64,000 bases of DNA from Octopus sinensis (taxonomy: Eukaryota), in NCBI RefSeq assembly GCF_006345805.1, contig NC_043019.1, positions 1,612,001-1,676,000 of the forward strand. Reading direction: 5' to 3'. Position numbers and translations under genes: made by a program. Positions 48,631 through 61,630 of the stretch are shown piece by piece (position 1 is the stretch's first letter; every line of letters starts with the position of its first letter). The notes beneath the pieces were generated by a model. The model saw only the letters and a program-made list of their open reading frames with translations. It had not been told where the DNA came from and did not search any database.

Positions 48631-49606
48631 TTATGCTTGAATGTGTATGTTTGCGCGCGCGCTAAATTTTAAAAAAAGCGAATGTAAATATCCTTCGGAT
48701 AACAGTGCGTTGCAAAATTTAATTTGCACAAGTAAAGACAAAAGTGAGATAAAATAAAATTCACATGTAAGTCCATCACTTATTCACAACATAAATGATT
48801 CATTTTTAATGCCAGAAGTAACAAAAGCTGTAATTTTCAACGTCAACTTTGTAAAAACTAGTGATAGATAACGTAGGCAACGTAATTGTAAATTCTCGTT
48901 TGGAAACAATGTATGGTGTGGGATTTATATTTATGCTTTAAATTTTATCGTTTTGCTGGGATCTCTAGTGACAATATCAATATCATTTATCATTGTGCGT
49001 TATATCTTATACACGGTGAAATATTATCCAAGTGCAATCCATTAAACATTATCTTTACACCCCATCACTTTTTCGAGCACAAATCTAATCTCACACTTTT
49101 AATTATATATTATCTCTAATTATATGTTAACATAACCGCGAAGTTCCTAGGGAAACTTTCTTTAACCGTGATTCGAATGAAAATCAAGTCCTATTTCTGG
49201 GCGCCACATATATTGTGTGCGTACGAATTGAAGCGGTAGTTATTCAAAATGTTACCTATTTCTAAGTTAGGTTGATTACTACGCGTTTTCAGCGATCGCT
49301 TTCAGTATTTGACTGTTAATAATTTTTTTGATCCCAGCCGAGATGGAAGCTGAAATTTAAATAAAGGCATATGTTATGTTTCCCGAAGGAGGAAAATCTC
49401 ATACGATAGTTTTTCAAATCGTTTAACACTGATGAAATTCAATTTAATTTAATGATTGATCGAATACTGAAGCAACCATGATCCATAAGGCATCTACGCA
49501 CAATATCACCGCCAATGAGTACATTTCTATTAGGTCTGCAGACCTGCTATATATAGCAGCCTAGCTTATAAAAGTGACATTTTCTCACCTTATTTGAAAT
49601 TATTTA

Positions 49607-49989
49607 CTGTGGTGAGTAGCTTCCTTACAAACCACATGGTTCCAGGTTCACTCCCATAGTGTGGCGCCTTGGGCCAGTGTCTTCTACTATAGCCTCGGGC
49701 CGACCAGAGCCATCTGAGTGGATTTGGCAGACAGAAACTGAAAGAAGCCCGTCGTATATAAGTATATATATATGTGTCTGTATATATGTTTGTGTGCCTG
49801 TGTTTGTCCCCCACAACATCGCTTGACAACCGATGGTGGTGTGTTTACATCCCCGTAGCTTAGTGGTTCGGCAAAAGAGACCGATAGAATAAGTACTAGG
49901 CTCCAGCAAAAGAGACCGATAGAATAAGTACGGTGCTCCAGCATGTCCACAGTCACATGACTGAAACAAGTAAAAAAGTAAAAGAGTAA
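49607..49989 (+). mobile_element. SINE family C, 5'-clipped, with internal duplication of gcaaaagagaccgatagaataagtac
   Basis: Direct alignment to other family C copies. Confidence 0.88.
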
Positions 49990-51875
49990 TAATGTAACTA
50001 GAATGGTGATGATGAGGATGACTTCAAATAGATGTCTGGTTAAGGCCAAACAACGAAAGATAACTTCGTAGCCAATTATAATGCAAATTTCCTTTGAGAA
50101 CTTAATTCTTAAATTCTAAAAAGTATTTCCCCCTTTTCTTTGAGAAACTTCAAGAATTCTTGCCAGAGTTAGTATTCTTTCACCTACCAAGAACGAAAAT
50201 TCAATTAAGACTTGAAATTTCTTTTACTCGGTACTCAGTACGTTACATTTTATTACCACGAATTTTCGGAGCTAACACAACTAATCTCTTTGTTCCTTTA
50301 AAATTCATCCCTTCAATATATCTACATAAGCCAGCCAAAATTGATATTGATTTAAGATTTCAGAAATCACAAACTTCCATTCCTTTTAATTTTGCACTTT
50401 GAAAGTTATTTACAAGAAAATTACATTTACAAGTGAATGAAGAATAATTTCAAATATGTTAGATAGATTAACTGAATTCCTAAATAAATAGAATTGGTTA
50501 TAACTTGAAGGCACCTGATCACAGGTCTGTTCAAACAGGTCTCATCTGGGATGTGAAAAAGCAACACATCTGTTTGTAAATAATTCCGCAAGGCTTACAT
50601 CGTTATATCAAAAGAAGATGTGAACACTATGGTGGGATATCAGCCAACAATTTCATTCGGAATCGAAACGAACCACATGAATGTGATTCCAAAATAATAC
50701 GACAGATGCCGTAAATGATAAGCACAGCTAGTTCAATCTTCGAAGCAATTAAATATGTCCCTCTATTCTAGATTGGTGAGACCCATATGTATCTAATCAG
50801 AACAAATACCATCGTATGATGGCATGGTATATTGGTTCTAATAAGTAGGAAATCCATAAGTATCTGATCAAGGCCAAGTGGTCAGTAACTAAACCTGTCC
50901 ATAGTGGTATTTATCAGTGATGTGAGGTACCTTCTGAATAAACCGTACCCATACAGCGATGACACGATGGGGGTCAACTAGATTACTAATAATATAGCAA
51001 TTATGAAAACCGTTCGATGTTCATGAAGATTGGGGGAAAACATTGGTGCTCATAACACATGTGGTTATAACACAGAAGATGAATCTGGGAAACTTGATTT
51101 CACTTGAGAAAAATAATTTATTGTACAGAGGAAGTCCTTAAAGAATTAATCTCTGAGATCAGACTATATGTGACATAGAAAACAACATTTTCAAATTATT
51201 CGATTAAAGTAGTTTTGAATAGTCATACAAGCACATAATGGAAACAACTAGGGCGCTTCTATTATCAAGTGTGCTTTATCAGTTATCAACTGAAGTGAAA
51301 CCTGAACAGCAATAACTGAAACACGTGTAGTTCATTCATATTTAATTAATTTAGTGTTAACTAAAGAAGGAGATAATTAAGAAAGTATAGTATATACCCT
51401 GCTGTTATAATGGTTAGATCCTTTAAGTATTATTTCGTGATGTGCAAATGGATACCATGAGTTTACTTTCAGATATACTCATAAGGTTAATTTTTGCGTA
51501 TTATCTGAAATAGAATAACCGCATATGAATCCCCCAAACTGAATCATTATTGACTTTTATTAGATACTCTGTATATTTCTAGATAATTATATAAATATAT
51601 GATAAATAAGATCCCAAGGTACGATATACAGATGCATGTAATACTGAAGGGTTGTACCTGAAAATTTGGAAATTCGTTTTCCCAAATTATTTAAATATAT
51701 ATATATATAAGGTCAATCTATGCCAAGTGGTGTTACTCTGCTTGATTTAGCGTGGTTACTATGGCAACAGCGTATTAATCAGTGCTCGCATGAGGGGGAC
51801 GGAAAATGGATTTAGCAGGAATCTTTATTCAGCACAACAATTGTTTTGACCCATCCTGCATTCTGTCCCTTACCT

Positions 51876-52032
51876 CTGCTGACACTTTCGCCCCAACTTT
51901 CTCTCTCTTTCCTCCTGCATCTTGCAGCTCACCTGCGACGGACCGGCGTTCCGTCTAGGTGGGAATCCTATACGCCAAGGAAACCGGGAAACTGGCCCTT
52001 ATGAGCCAGACATGGCTCGAGAAGGAACAAAC
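51876..52032 (+). mobile_element. 5'-truncated SINE: family A-like body plus M tail
   Basis: ctttcgccccaactttctctc...gcgacggaccggcgttccgtc...gagaaggaacaaac. Confidence 0.7.
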
Positions 52033-52388
52033 ATCCATTCAAAAGAACAGCAATAACGACTAGGTAACTAAAATATATTCTAAGACAAATAAGGAATATT
52101 CTACCTCAGCTCCCTATGTTATATCAACGCAATTTCTCCACCTGAACACATAATTCGTAGAAAATCTAGTTTAACGTCTCCTGGGTATATAAAAATACAA
52201 ATACTTGTACTAGGGCTACAAATCCAAAATTTTATATTTTATAACCAACAAATGATGGAAAGTTAAAGCATAAAAATACTTATCGCAGTGCTCCAGCATG
52301 ACCCCAGCTACTTGACTGAAAAACATAAAAGAATAAAAGAATACTTAACAATTACTCATAAATGTACTCATATAGATTAAATGCTGAG

Positions 52389-52719
52389 ACCCCCTTCGGT
52401 CATGACTGACCATCGGATTGCACCTAAAAACTTCCCCTCCGAGGCACAAGACCGGACAACGTTGTTTACCGAAGACCAGCAGTCGACCATGCATACCAAC
52501 CTCCTCTCTCCACACCACTGATGTTATACAAGGGAAAGGCAAAGGGGCCGATACAGCTTGGCACCAGTGACGTCGCAACTCATTTCTACAGCTGAGTAAA
52601 CTGGAGCAACGTGAAATAAAGTGTCTTGCTCAAGAACACAACACGCAGCTCGGTCCGGGATTAGAATTCACAACCTCACGATCGTAAGCTCGACGCTCTA
52701 ACCACTGAGCCATGCGCCT
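52389..52719 (-). mobile_element. SINE family D, full length
   Basis: Minus-strand head aggcgcatggctcagtggttagagcgtcgagcttacgatc; aligns with the 25373 copy. Confidence 0.9.
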
Positions 52720-52776
52720 TCTCATACATTAGATACCAATACAGAAAACGTAAGTAATCTATATATGACCAATGAT

Positions 52777-52955
52777 TTCGTCTGTCGTTACATTCTGAGT
52801 TCAAATTCTACCGAGGTCGACTTTGCCTTTCATCCTTTCGGAGTCGATAAATTAAATACCAGTTTCGCACTGGGGTCGATGTAATCGACTTAATCCCTTT
52901 GTCTGTCTTTGTTTGTCCCCTCTATGTTTAGCCCCTTGTGGGTAGTAAAGAAATA
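52777..52955 (+). mobile_element. Headless family B unit with 17-bp TSD
   Basis: TSD tatatatgaccaatgat at 52760-52776 and 52956-52972; starts at (a)tttcgtctg. Confidence 0.9.
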
Positions 52956-53825
52956 TATATATGACCAATGATCCTCTGTCTGGGCCTTTCGCGGTATGAA
53001 GCGTAAATAAATATTCTTCGAAACGAAAGACCCGGAGGAAAATATGGCGTGAAATAGGAAATGGGTATCACTGAACAATTAGCGGCAGAGAGAGAAGGAA
53101 CCATGTGGAAAACATTTTATGCGACATAGCATACATCAACTAGCTCATTAAACCCTTTTGCTCGAAATATTGGACATAGTTTATAATTAATTTTGATCTC
53201 ATCTGCAACTTAATAGTAGTCGTGTAATTATTCTAAATTGAATACATTATTGCGTAAATCACAGTTATAATTGAATTGCTAAATTAATATTCATGCATTA
53301 TAATCTTGCCTAATCTGGTGCCTTATACGATTAACATCTCCTAATAAATTATATCTAATATCTTTCTATTAACATCTTAACTCTTGTAAGCCCGGTACGT
53401 TTCATCTTAATCTGATAGGCGTGCAGCTATCGCAGACCGCACATGGGTTGCATTAAATTTAAACACAGGAATCTTATTGTTCTTAATCATAGCTACTACA
53501 CAAACCACAAATACAACATGCAGATAATTAATCTTATTTACACATACCGTTTCACAAATCTTTCCAATCCCAACAATACATCTTATATAAGAAATTCTAA
53601 TACAAAACGACTATTTGGAGCGAAAATATATGCTCTAAAAACCCAAAAATGAGTTACCTAACCAATAGTAACACAGTCCTTTTTTCCATAAAGCACAAAG
53701 GAAGCTCAAAATAGTATAAGACAGTTAAAAGAGGACTAGATTTAACATATGGAGATGACTAACTTGTCTTATAAACCTTGTCTGCAAGCGAAACTTATGA
53801 ATTGTCTATAACAAAAATAATACCT

Positions 53826-54247
53826 ATTCCTTTGCTACTCACCAGGGGCTAAACATAGAGGAGACAAACAAGGACAGACAAATGGAGTAAGTCGATTATA
53901 TCGACGCCAGTGCTTAACTGGTACTTATTTAATCGACCCCGAAAGGATGAAAGGCAAAGTCGACCTCGGCGGAATTTGAACTCAGAACGTAGCGGCAGAC
54001 GAAATACCTATTTCTTTATTACCCACAAGGGGCTAAACATAGAGTGGACAAACAGGGAGAGACATAGGTATTAAGTCGATTACATCGACCACAGTGTGAA
54101 ACTGGTGCTTAATTTATCGACCCCGAAAGGATGAAAGGCAAAGTCGACCTCGGCGGAATTTGAACTCACAACGTAGCGGCAGACGAAATACCGCTAAGCA
54201 TTTCGCCCGGCGCGCTGAAGTTTCTGCCAGTTCGCCGCTATTCTACT
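53826..54247 (-). mobile_element. SINE family B dimer, 15-bp TSD
   Basis: TSD acaaaaataatacct at 53811-53825 and 54248-54262. Confidence 0.92.
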
Positions 54248-54589
54248 ACAAAAATAATACCTTTAATTCAAAGTAATGTTCTCTCAAATTGTAATTGATA
54301 TGTACTTAAATATATTTCCATACTACTAATCCAATATTCTAAATAATAATACCTTCATTAGCTGTTTTAATCTTAATCTGTATACGACGTAGAAATATCA
54401 TACGCATGCATCGTCCTCAGTATCTTCCAAATATTCTTCTGTAGACTGACAATAAACTAACACTTGATTAATGTCTTTGAAATGACAAAATTAAATATTA
54501 TAATCAAAACTAATGCTAACTTAACTAAACTTATTATGTGTATATTCATACTAATTTTTTATAAATTTTTTTTTTTTTGCTTCAGCAGT

Positions 54590-54976
54590 GTGGAAGCACT
54601 ACGTCGGTTACGACGACGAGGGTTCCGGTTGATCCGAATCAATGGAACAGCCTGCTCGTGAAATTAACGTGTAAGTGGCTGAGCACACCACAGACACGTG
54701 TACCCTTAACGTTGTTCTCGGGGATATTCATCGTGACACAGAGAGTGACAAGGCCGGCCCTTTGAAATAAAGGTACAACAGAAACAGGAAGTAAGAGTGA
54801 GAGAAAGTTGTGGTGAAAGAGTACAGCAGGGATCACCACCATCCCCTGCCGGAGCCTCGTGGAGCTTTAGGTGTTTTCGCTCAATAAACACTCACAACGC
54901 CCGGTCTGGGAATCGAAACCGCGATCCTATGACCGCGAGTCCGCTGCCCTAACCACTGGGACATTGCGCCTCCACG
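54590..54976 (-). mobile_element. SINE family A, full length, 12-bp TSD
   Basis: TSD tgcttcagcagt at 54578-54589 and 54977-54988. Confidence 0.95.
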
Positions 54977-55540
54977 TGCTTCAGCAGTAAACCTCATTCT
55001 ATGAATTATTTCATATAACTTATATATCAAAAATAGTTGCCGAATGCAACTGTTCTTTTCCTCTTTTTATCCGTCATTTAACACCCCTACTTTAAGCCTT
55101 AATCTATGTAAGTTTTTTTATGCTATATTACAAAAGATATAATCCAATATTAATCTTAATTGTTTTGTTAATACAACCACATTTCTTACATAATGAACCT
55201 GTTGCTTTATCCGCCGACATTGTCGTATATTCTTCATCAATCTCACTTCGTCTAAGTAATTTAGATAAAAGAACGAGCAATCTCGGACCTTATGTGTTTA
55301 TATATATATATATATATATATATAAACACATAAGGTATCCACTTATAGGAATTCAACACGCTAGAAAGAACAGCTAGGTTCCATAACCACAAAAATTAGG
55401 GATGAAATTCGACAGGAACGATTTGAAAAATTGAAAAACATGTTACCATCTAGTTTTTGGACCAATTGGTTTCTGATTTTAGTTTAGCGCTTCAAAGAAC
55501 TTGATAGGTGTAATCTTCTTCATCAGGACCACCTAGGGTT

Positions 55541-55773
55541 AAACGTATACACACGGGACGATCAAATCTACTTGCCCTGTGTTTATACGTCCTAACCTTT
55601 TCAAAATCTACTGCGCAGCCGCAGTCCTTCGCCGGCAATAAAAAAACCGCCAACTTTTAAAACCGATTTTTTTTATTGCTAGCGTAGGATTGCGGCTGCG
55701 CAGTAGATTTTGAAAAGGTTAGGACGTATAAACACAGGGCAAGAAGTTTTGATCGTCCCGTGCTTATACGTTT
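55541..55773. repeat. ~230-bp foldback with ~105-bp arms
   Basis: aaacgtata...ccctgtgtttatacgtcctaaccttttcaaaatctactgcgcagccgca...gcaataaaaaaa mirrored. Confidence 0.88.
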
Positions 55774-55902
55774 GTATGTATAACATATACGTGTATATGT
55801 TATATTTGTTCTTCACTCATTTAGTATTTCTCTTATTTTTATCTTATGTCCATAATCTGCCAATCGTTCGTCACGAAACAAGATGAAACACGTAGGTTGA
55901 AG

Positions 55903-55947
55903 TGTTGCTGACGAAGTCACAGATGTGTGATGAAAGGTCTCCAGACA
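55903..55947 (+). ncRNA. Degenerate type I hammerhead-like motif
   Basis: CUGACGA 55908-55914; a-g-tcaca/tgtga-t; GAAA 55932-55935; G-GU-C-UC; weak stem I tgttg/ca(g)aca. Confidence 0.42.
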
Positions 55948-56566
55948 ATTGACATGAAATTAAATAAAAATACTAATTAGAGAAGAACGAATAAATAGTG
56001 CGTGTGTTCAATTGGGAAGACGAAAAAGATATATATTGTTTTACCACCCTTATTCCTTGTTCCACAGCTCTATTGCACCATTTCAATCGACTTTCCTTCC
56101 AACCGCAAATGATGTCTATATTTTTCACATAGTCTCATTATTTAGGTCCAAATGGTACAAATATTCTCTTATCTAATATTTTCTCAGAGTTTGCCCATTT
56201 CATTTAACCTCGCCTATCATTTAGTCAATAACGTGTATTCCCCACACTTTAAGCTTTTATGTTTCTCGAAATGTTAGTTGATATGCGACACGTGCTCAGG
56301 ATATCACTTTTTCAATACCTATTGTTTGTTGACTTTATATCAGAGTCGTTCGAGTAAGCACTACACCTGACATTATCTACAATATATTACATATAAAACT
56401 GAGTTATAATTCTTCATCTATAATGTACTTCTTTCTAGTAAGATTATGTTTAAGGGCTTTATTGTATATCAATAATTTATAACACATAATCTAGTAGCAT
56501 GAAATCTTCCTACCACATAACAGTATTCATTCTTATACATTTATGCATTTCCCTTTATTATTTCAG

Positions 56567-56591
56567 ATTTCAGTGAGCTTTATCTTGTCAG
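56567..56591 (+). other. Candidate 25-nt (or 18-nt) micro-exon
   Basis: Pyrimidine tract + tttcag acceptor and CAG|GTGAGT consensus donor; no other exon support. Confidence 0.25.
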
Positions 56592-57553
56592 GTGAGTAGT
56601 ATATATTTTACGAATATTTATATTTGCATCGTAACATGTTTATCACTTACTCCATCTGACGTTAAATACCTTCACAAAGTCATTGACCGTTTTCTTTCTT
56701 TTTTTTTTTTTTGCTTTCAGTCTTTTAAAGTGTTATTCACGTTGATCAGATCTACAAGTTACACGAATAAACTCAGTTAATGCACGTTTTGTTACTCTCT
56801 CTCTCTCTTACATATCAGAAACCTTACTGCATTTGCGCAGAAAAAAGTAACGCTCAACAAGAAAAATATAGTATATTCCAATTAATATTTCATGCCTTTA
56901 AATATTTTTTCCTATTATTTCTCAAATCTTCCAAATATTAAAGCCTTTTGAAATCTGGGATTTGTTCTATATTTAGACTAGAATAACATCTGATTTGAAA
57001 TATTGTTAACACAATCCTCAGAAAAATTCTGGTGAAAGCTACGATGTATTTACGTCTGAGGCGACGAGCTTGTGCTTCATACTCCGGATTTATATGGCAA
57101 TTTTTCAACACAGCCATGAAGATATGTAAATAAAGAATAATAAAAAAAGAATCTATATATATATTTTAACATTTATACTACTTTCTGTCACTACTGTCAA
57201 TATTAGCTTTTGTTGATTCTCTTGCCATAGTGACAGCAACTACAAACATTTAATGATAATAAAAAAAATTGAAATTGTATTACTAGGAGTGTATTATCGA
57301 ATTGCTGTGCATCTCTCTTGAAGCCAATGACAGAATTTAAGCGAGTTTTAACCAACCCTTTCAGCACATTGTGCAGAAACGTAATCGCTCTCTCGTTGTT
57401 TGCATATTGGTAATATGATGTAGTAAATGGAATATTTCTTTTATTAGTAAATCTTGCTGAATATAACATATATATATATATTATATATATATATATAATA
57501 TATATATATATTATATATATATATATATGCACTGAATATAACATATATATATA

Positions 57554-57744
57554 TGCAGCACGGAATTTTGTTAGTGAACAGGTCACGGTCTCAAAGCGAC
57601 GAAAATATCTTGGCAAATTAAATTTAAATGTTGAAGTGAGTCTAAACGTGTTTGTGAGTTTCTTAAAGGCCTTCTAATCACCTTCCAAGCTGCAATTGTT
57701 TTCGTTCCAGCACACGGTCTCAGATAAGTCACTTGCTATGCAAG
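57554..57744 (+). mobile_element. Family P3 copy 2, TA-flanked
   Basis: Body matches 17174-17317; 57703-57744 is the reverse complement of 17131-17173. Confidence 0.7.
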
Positions 57745-57911
57745 TAATATATATATATATATATTATATATATATATATTATATATATATATATATATAT
57801 AATATATATATATAGATATATATATAACTAATGTAGGATAAAAATTTTTTCGAAAAAAAATGTTATCAATGGCCAGCATATCAAAAATACCTTTAAAGGT
57901 TAAAATTATAA

Positions 57912-58355
57912 ATAACTTATAAAATAAGTGCAAAAGAAAAATTCTAATTCCAAATATACCGAAAAAAGACACAAGCCAATAGAAATTTCTAAAAAGTTCC
58001 GTTATTAACGTATTGGTTCCAAGTTCGTATCACACGTGTCTCGAGATGTGCTGAGGATTTTCTATTTTGGATATATTTGGGGTACTTAGGTCTGCTCTGC
58101 TCAGGACTCATTGCTTGCTTTTTCCATGGGTATGAGTAAGTATTTCATTTATGTCTTACGTATTTATCGCTGAGGAGGGGAAAGTTCTTTTAAATTAACC
58201 CCGAAATTGGGATCAATACGGTAATAACGGAATTTTTTAGAAATTTCTATCGGCTTGTTTCGAGACGCATAAATTATAAGGGTTATTGAGAATTTTGTCT
58301 TTTTTCGGCATATTTGGCATTAGAATTTTTCTTTTGCCCTTATTTTATAAGTTAT
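57912..58355. repeat. Foldback, family P4 copy 2
   Basis: ataacttataaaataag.gcaaaagaaaaattctaat...ttccgttatta.cgtattg mirrored; right arm has about 40 extra nt; shares upstream aaaatacc.ttaaaggttaaaattataaa with 46400. Confidence 0.82.
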
Positions 58356-58366
58356 GTATATATATC

Positions 58367-58398
<32 letters not shown>

Positions 58399-59025
58399 TG
58401 TATGTATGTATGTATGTATGTATATATTCTTTCGTTCAACGCGTATATATGTTCCCAGGTCTCTGACAATTATTGGCACTACTACCACATTTTTCAGCGA
58501 CCACAGCTGCTTAAACTCCCAAGCTAACCTCTCATATCTATCGACATTTCTTCCTTCCTTATCGCATAACTTATTAGCTGGGCATGCTATATCTATGATA
58601 CAGCACTGTTTGCGTTCTTCTCAATTAACACAATGTCAGGCTTCCCATTCTGTATCTCATAGTCGCACTGAATCATAAGATCCCAAAAGATATTTGCATT
58701 AGCATTTTCGATTATGTCTTCGGGTTTATGTAACAATAATAATATAACAAACAGTTAATGATGTCAATTAACAAATATCTTTAAGTTCTGAATATAAATA
58801 ATTTCAGAGGATTCCTAACAATTGAACTAAAAACGACGAAACCATGTAAACCGCAAGCTAATTGATTAAAATATTTGCGGGATCTATGCCAGTAATATCG
58901 GTACGCCCGACAAAAAATAAGGTTTAAGCTGCATCCGGAATGGTCAAAACTGTATTATAAAAATTCAGCTCGTTGGAGCCTTCTAAGGAGAGCAAACAGG
59001 AAGACAGGAACAAGTCAGACAGTTG

Positions 59026-59068
<43 letters not shown>

Positions 59069-59085
59069 AAATAGATAAATAGATA

Positions 59086-59122
<37 letters not shown>

Positions 59123-59250
59123 CAGATAGATTAAACTTATTTGGAAAAGGACGCATCGCGTTCGATCATATAATAATATAAATAACATATGCATATATGC
59201 ATATAATTATATGTATATATGTATATATATATATGTATATTTTGACAGCC

Positions 59251-59301
59251 AGCTTCCTGAAGATTTCATCTGAATGAAACAGTTCTAGTCCTGTAGAAGC
59301 T
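59251..59301 (+). ncRNA. Type I hammerhead ribozyme; predicted GUA cleavage after 59295
   Basis: Stem I agcttc/gaagct (6 bp); CUGAAGA 59257-59263; u-ttc/gaa-u; GAAA; stem III ACAG/CUGU; located in a ~145-bp TA-flanked element. Confidence 0.75.
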
Positions 59302-59386
59302 CCTTCTATAAAATAAATTACTTTACTCTGCTATGTATTGAGTACCTTATTTACTGTGGTTAACCCCGACTCAACCCGGGACCTAC

Positions 59387-59420
<34 letters not shown>

Positions 59421-59750
59421 TGTGTGTACATATATATATATATTTATAACAGATAAATACGTACAATATGGTGTGATGTGTTCATATTCATATTTAGATT
59501 TATGATGTATTTATATTTGTTGAAACAATCGTAGTGAAGAAATTAATATAATACAAATCCTCCATCCTCCCAATCATTCTTTCTCTCTCTCTCTCTCTCC
59601 CTCTCTCTCTCTCTCTCTTACTCAGTATATATCTGTGTGTGTTTGTGTGTGCGTGTATGTAAACGCGTGAGTGTGTGAACCTGTGTGTCAGTGTAAATGT
59701 GTAGTTTTGTTCTCTCTTTCTCTCTATGTATATAATATATATATGTATAT

Positions 59751-59810
<60 letters not shown>

Positions 59811-59859
59811 TATATATAGAGAGAGAGAGGAGAGAGAGGAGAGAGAGAGAGAGAGAGAG

Positions 59860-59909
<50 letters not shown>

Positions 59910-60520
59910 CGGGAGTAATACTTAGAAGAGATCAGAGAATAACAAATACAAATTTATATTTTGCTAGTCGCTTATATTTCTGATTATGTCTTTAATGGCG
60001 ACAAATCTGTCCGATACTTCGGTAGATAACATCACTTAATTGGACAGGATGAAAGCAACGAAAGTAGTCATTTTGATTGTTAAATATCGTAGCACAGTGT
60101 TGAATATATATATCTATATATAAATGTAGAATTATATTTTAGTATCTACGTGGGAATGAGTTTGTAAGTTAACCGATGTAATATTCGTTCTTTATATAAA
60201 AGTTATTTGAGGTTGCAGAGTGTTGATATTAGTTATGGAAGGGTCTTCGTAAGAAAATTCTTGTTTTTAATAACAAAGTTATATTTAATGTTTATCTTTT
60301 ATCTTCCATCTTTTGTCTTTTACTGTGACGCCGGATTGATGAGTTTTTGGTCAAATGAATCGACCCCAGTTTATTTCAAGCCTGGTTTTTATTCCATAGT
60401 TTTATTTTGTTGAAGCTCTAAGTTACGGCGTATGTAAACACAGCCACACGGTTTGTGAAGTGGTAGCGCTGGAGACAAACACAGATACGTACACATATAC
60501 ACACAGACACACACATACAC

Positions 60521-60786
60521 AGGCGTGTAGCTGAGTGGTTGGGGTATTCGGGTAACGATTCTAACGTCGTGAGTTCAATTCCCACGCGTTATGTCCTTAA
60601 ACAAGACATTTTATTTCACGTTGCTCCAGTTCAGTCAGTTGGGAAAAATGAGTAGTACCTTTATTCCAAAGGACCAGCCTTGAAGCCCTCTGATTCACAT
60701 TCAATCTCCCTCAGGACTACGTTATAAGTATACGTGTCTGTAGAGTGCTCAGCCTCATGCACGTTAATTTCACGAGCGGGATGTTG
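60521..60786 (+). mobile_element. Old chimeric SINE: family D head plus family A tail
   Basis: Family D domain aagacattttatttcacgttgctccagttcagtcag, then family A tail gtacct.tattccaaagg.ccagccttg...gagtgctcagcc...acgttaatttcacgagc. Confidence 0.65.
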
Positions 60787-60903
60787 AGCGTAGGCTCGAA
60801 ACGTAAAAGACTTTTTCTATTCCTGAGCGCTATACTAATACATATGTTTGTATGTACACCACCTGCCTTCGTCTTTTGTTTATTTTCGTAAACTTTCCTT
60901 TTT

Positions 60904-60905
<2 letters not shown>
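60786..60905 (+). mobile_element. Family P1 fragment ending in (TA)n
   Basis: Reverse complement aligns with 4604-4715. Confidence 0.65.
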
Positions 60906-60948
<43 letters not shown>

Positions 60949-61144
60949 GGCAATAAGAGAATGGAGGGGTTCAAGAGGTAGTATTCATCAACGTCTAGAT
61001 ATTGCATTATGTAATTGCTATGCAATGAAAAAAAACTTGTGTATTAATAATTGAGTATTCTACCAGTAGTATATATATATATTATCCCTTAGTTGGTTGA
61101 ATTCACAACCTCTAACTCTCTTGGTGTTATTATATGTGTGTATG

Positions 61145-61210
<66 letters not shown>

Positions 61211-61423
61211 ATATATATATCAGTGCTCAAAGTACAATACTTAAAAGAAAGTCAAGTAAAAGGACTGGAAATCGTTTTTTTTTTTTTTTTTTTTCGTAAA
61301 GGATATGAGGAAATAACAAATTATATATATTCGAATTCTAAATACATAAAATTCTATCCAACAACTCACATCTCAAAATGTTTGAAGCATGACATTAAAA
61401 TGGTTAAATATATAATGTATGAA

Positions 61424-61630
61424 TGAGGGGATGCTTTAGGTTATGAAAATTACTGGCGCTAGGTTAAGAAAATACAGGAAGATCAGTTAATCATGATTTT
61501 ATTCAACATATTACCTTCTTAGATCCAAATACTTATGGCAGCTGGGAAAGAACTCGGCAATTTGGATTTCTCACCAGGCCTTTTCCGATAACTTTAAATC
61601 CAGGAACTTTTCAGCACTCTCTTATAAAAT
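61424..61630. mobile_element. Degenerate mariner-type non-autonomous element
   Basis: ccaggaacttttcagcactc resembles a mariner TIR; tgattttattcaacatatt subterminal motif. Confidence 0.5.

Noticed and set aside
47807-48672. Three overlapping 270-280 aa Cys/Val-rich ORFs resembling metallothionein or keratin-associated proteins
   Set aside because: All three frames are open because of the 18-bp TG-derived minisatellite
49532-49560. Adjacent short palindromes aggtctgcagacct and ctgctatatatagcag
   Set aside because: Short and isolated; could be chance or TE-internal, and no function can be inferred
58168-58220. CUGAGGA-gggg/cccc-GAAA-U-UGGG-A-UC as an intact hammerhead
   Set aside because: Stem I pairing (cgtatt/aatacg) is offset by 5 nt; kept only as a degenerate hint
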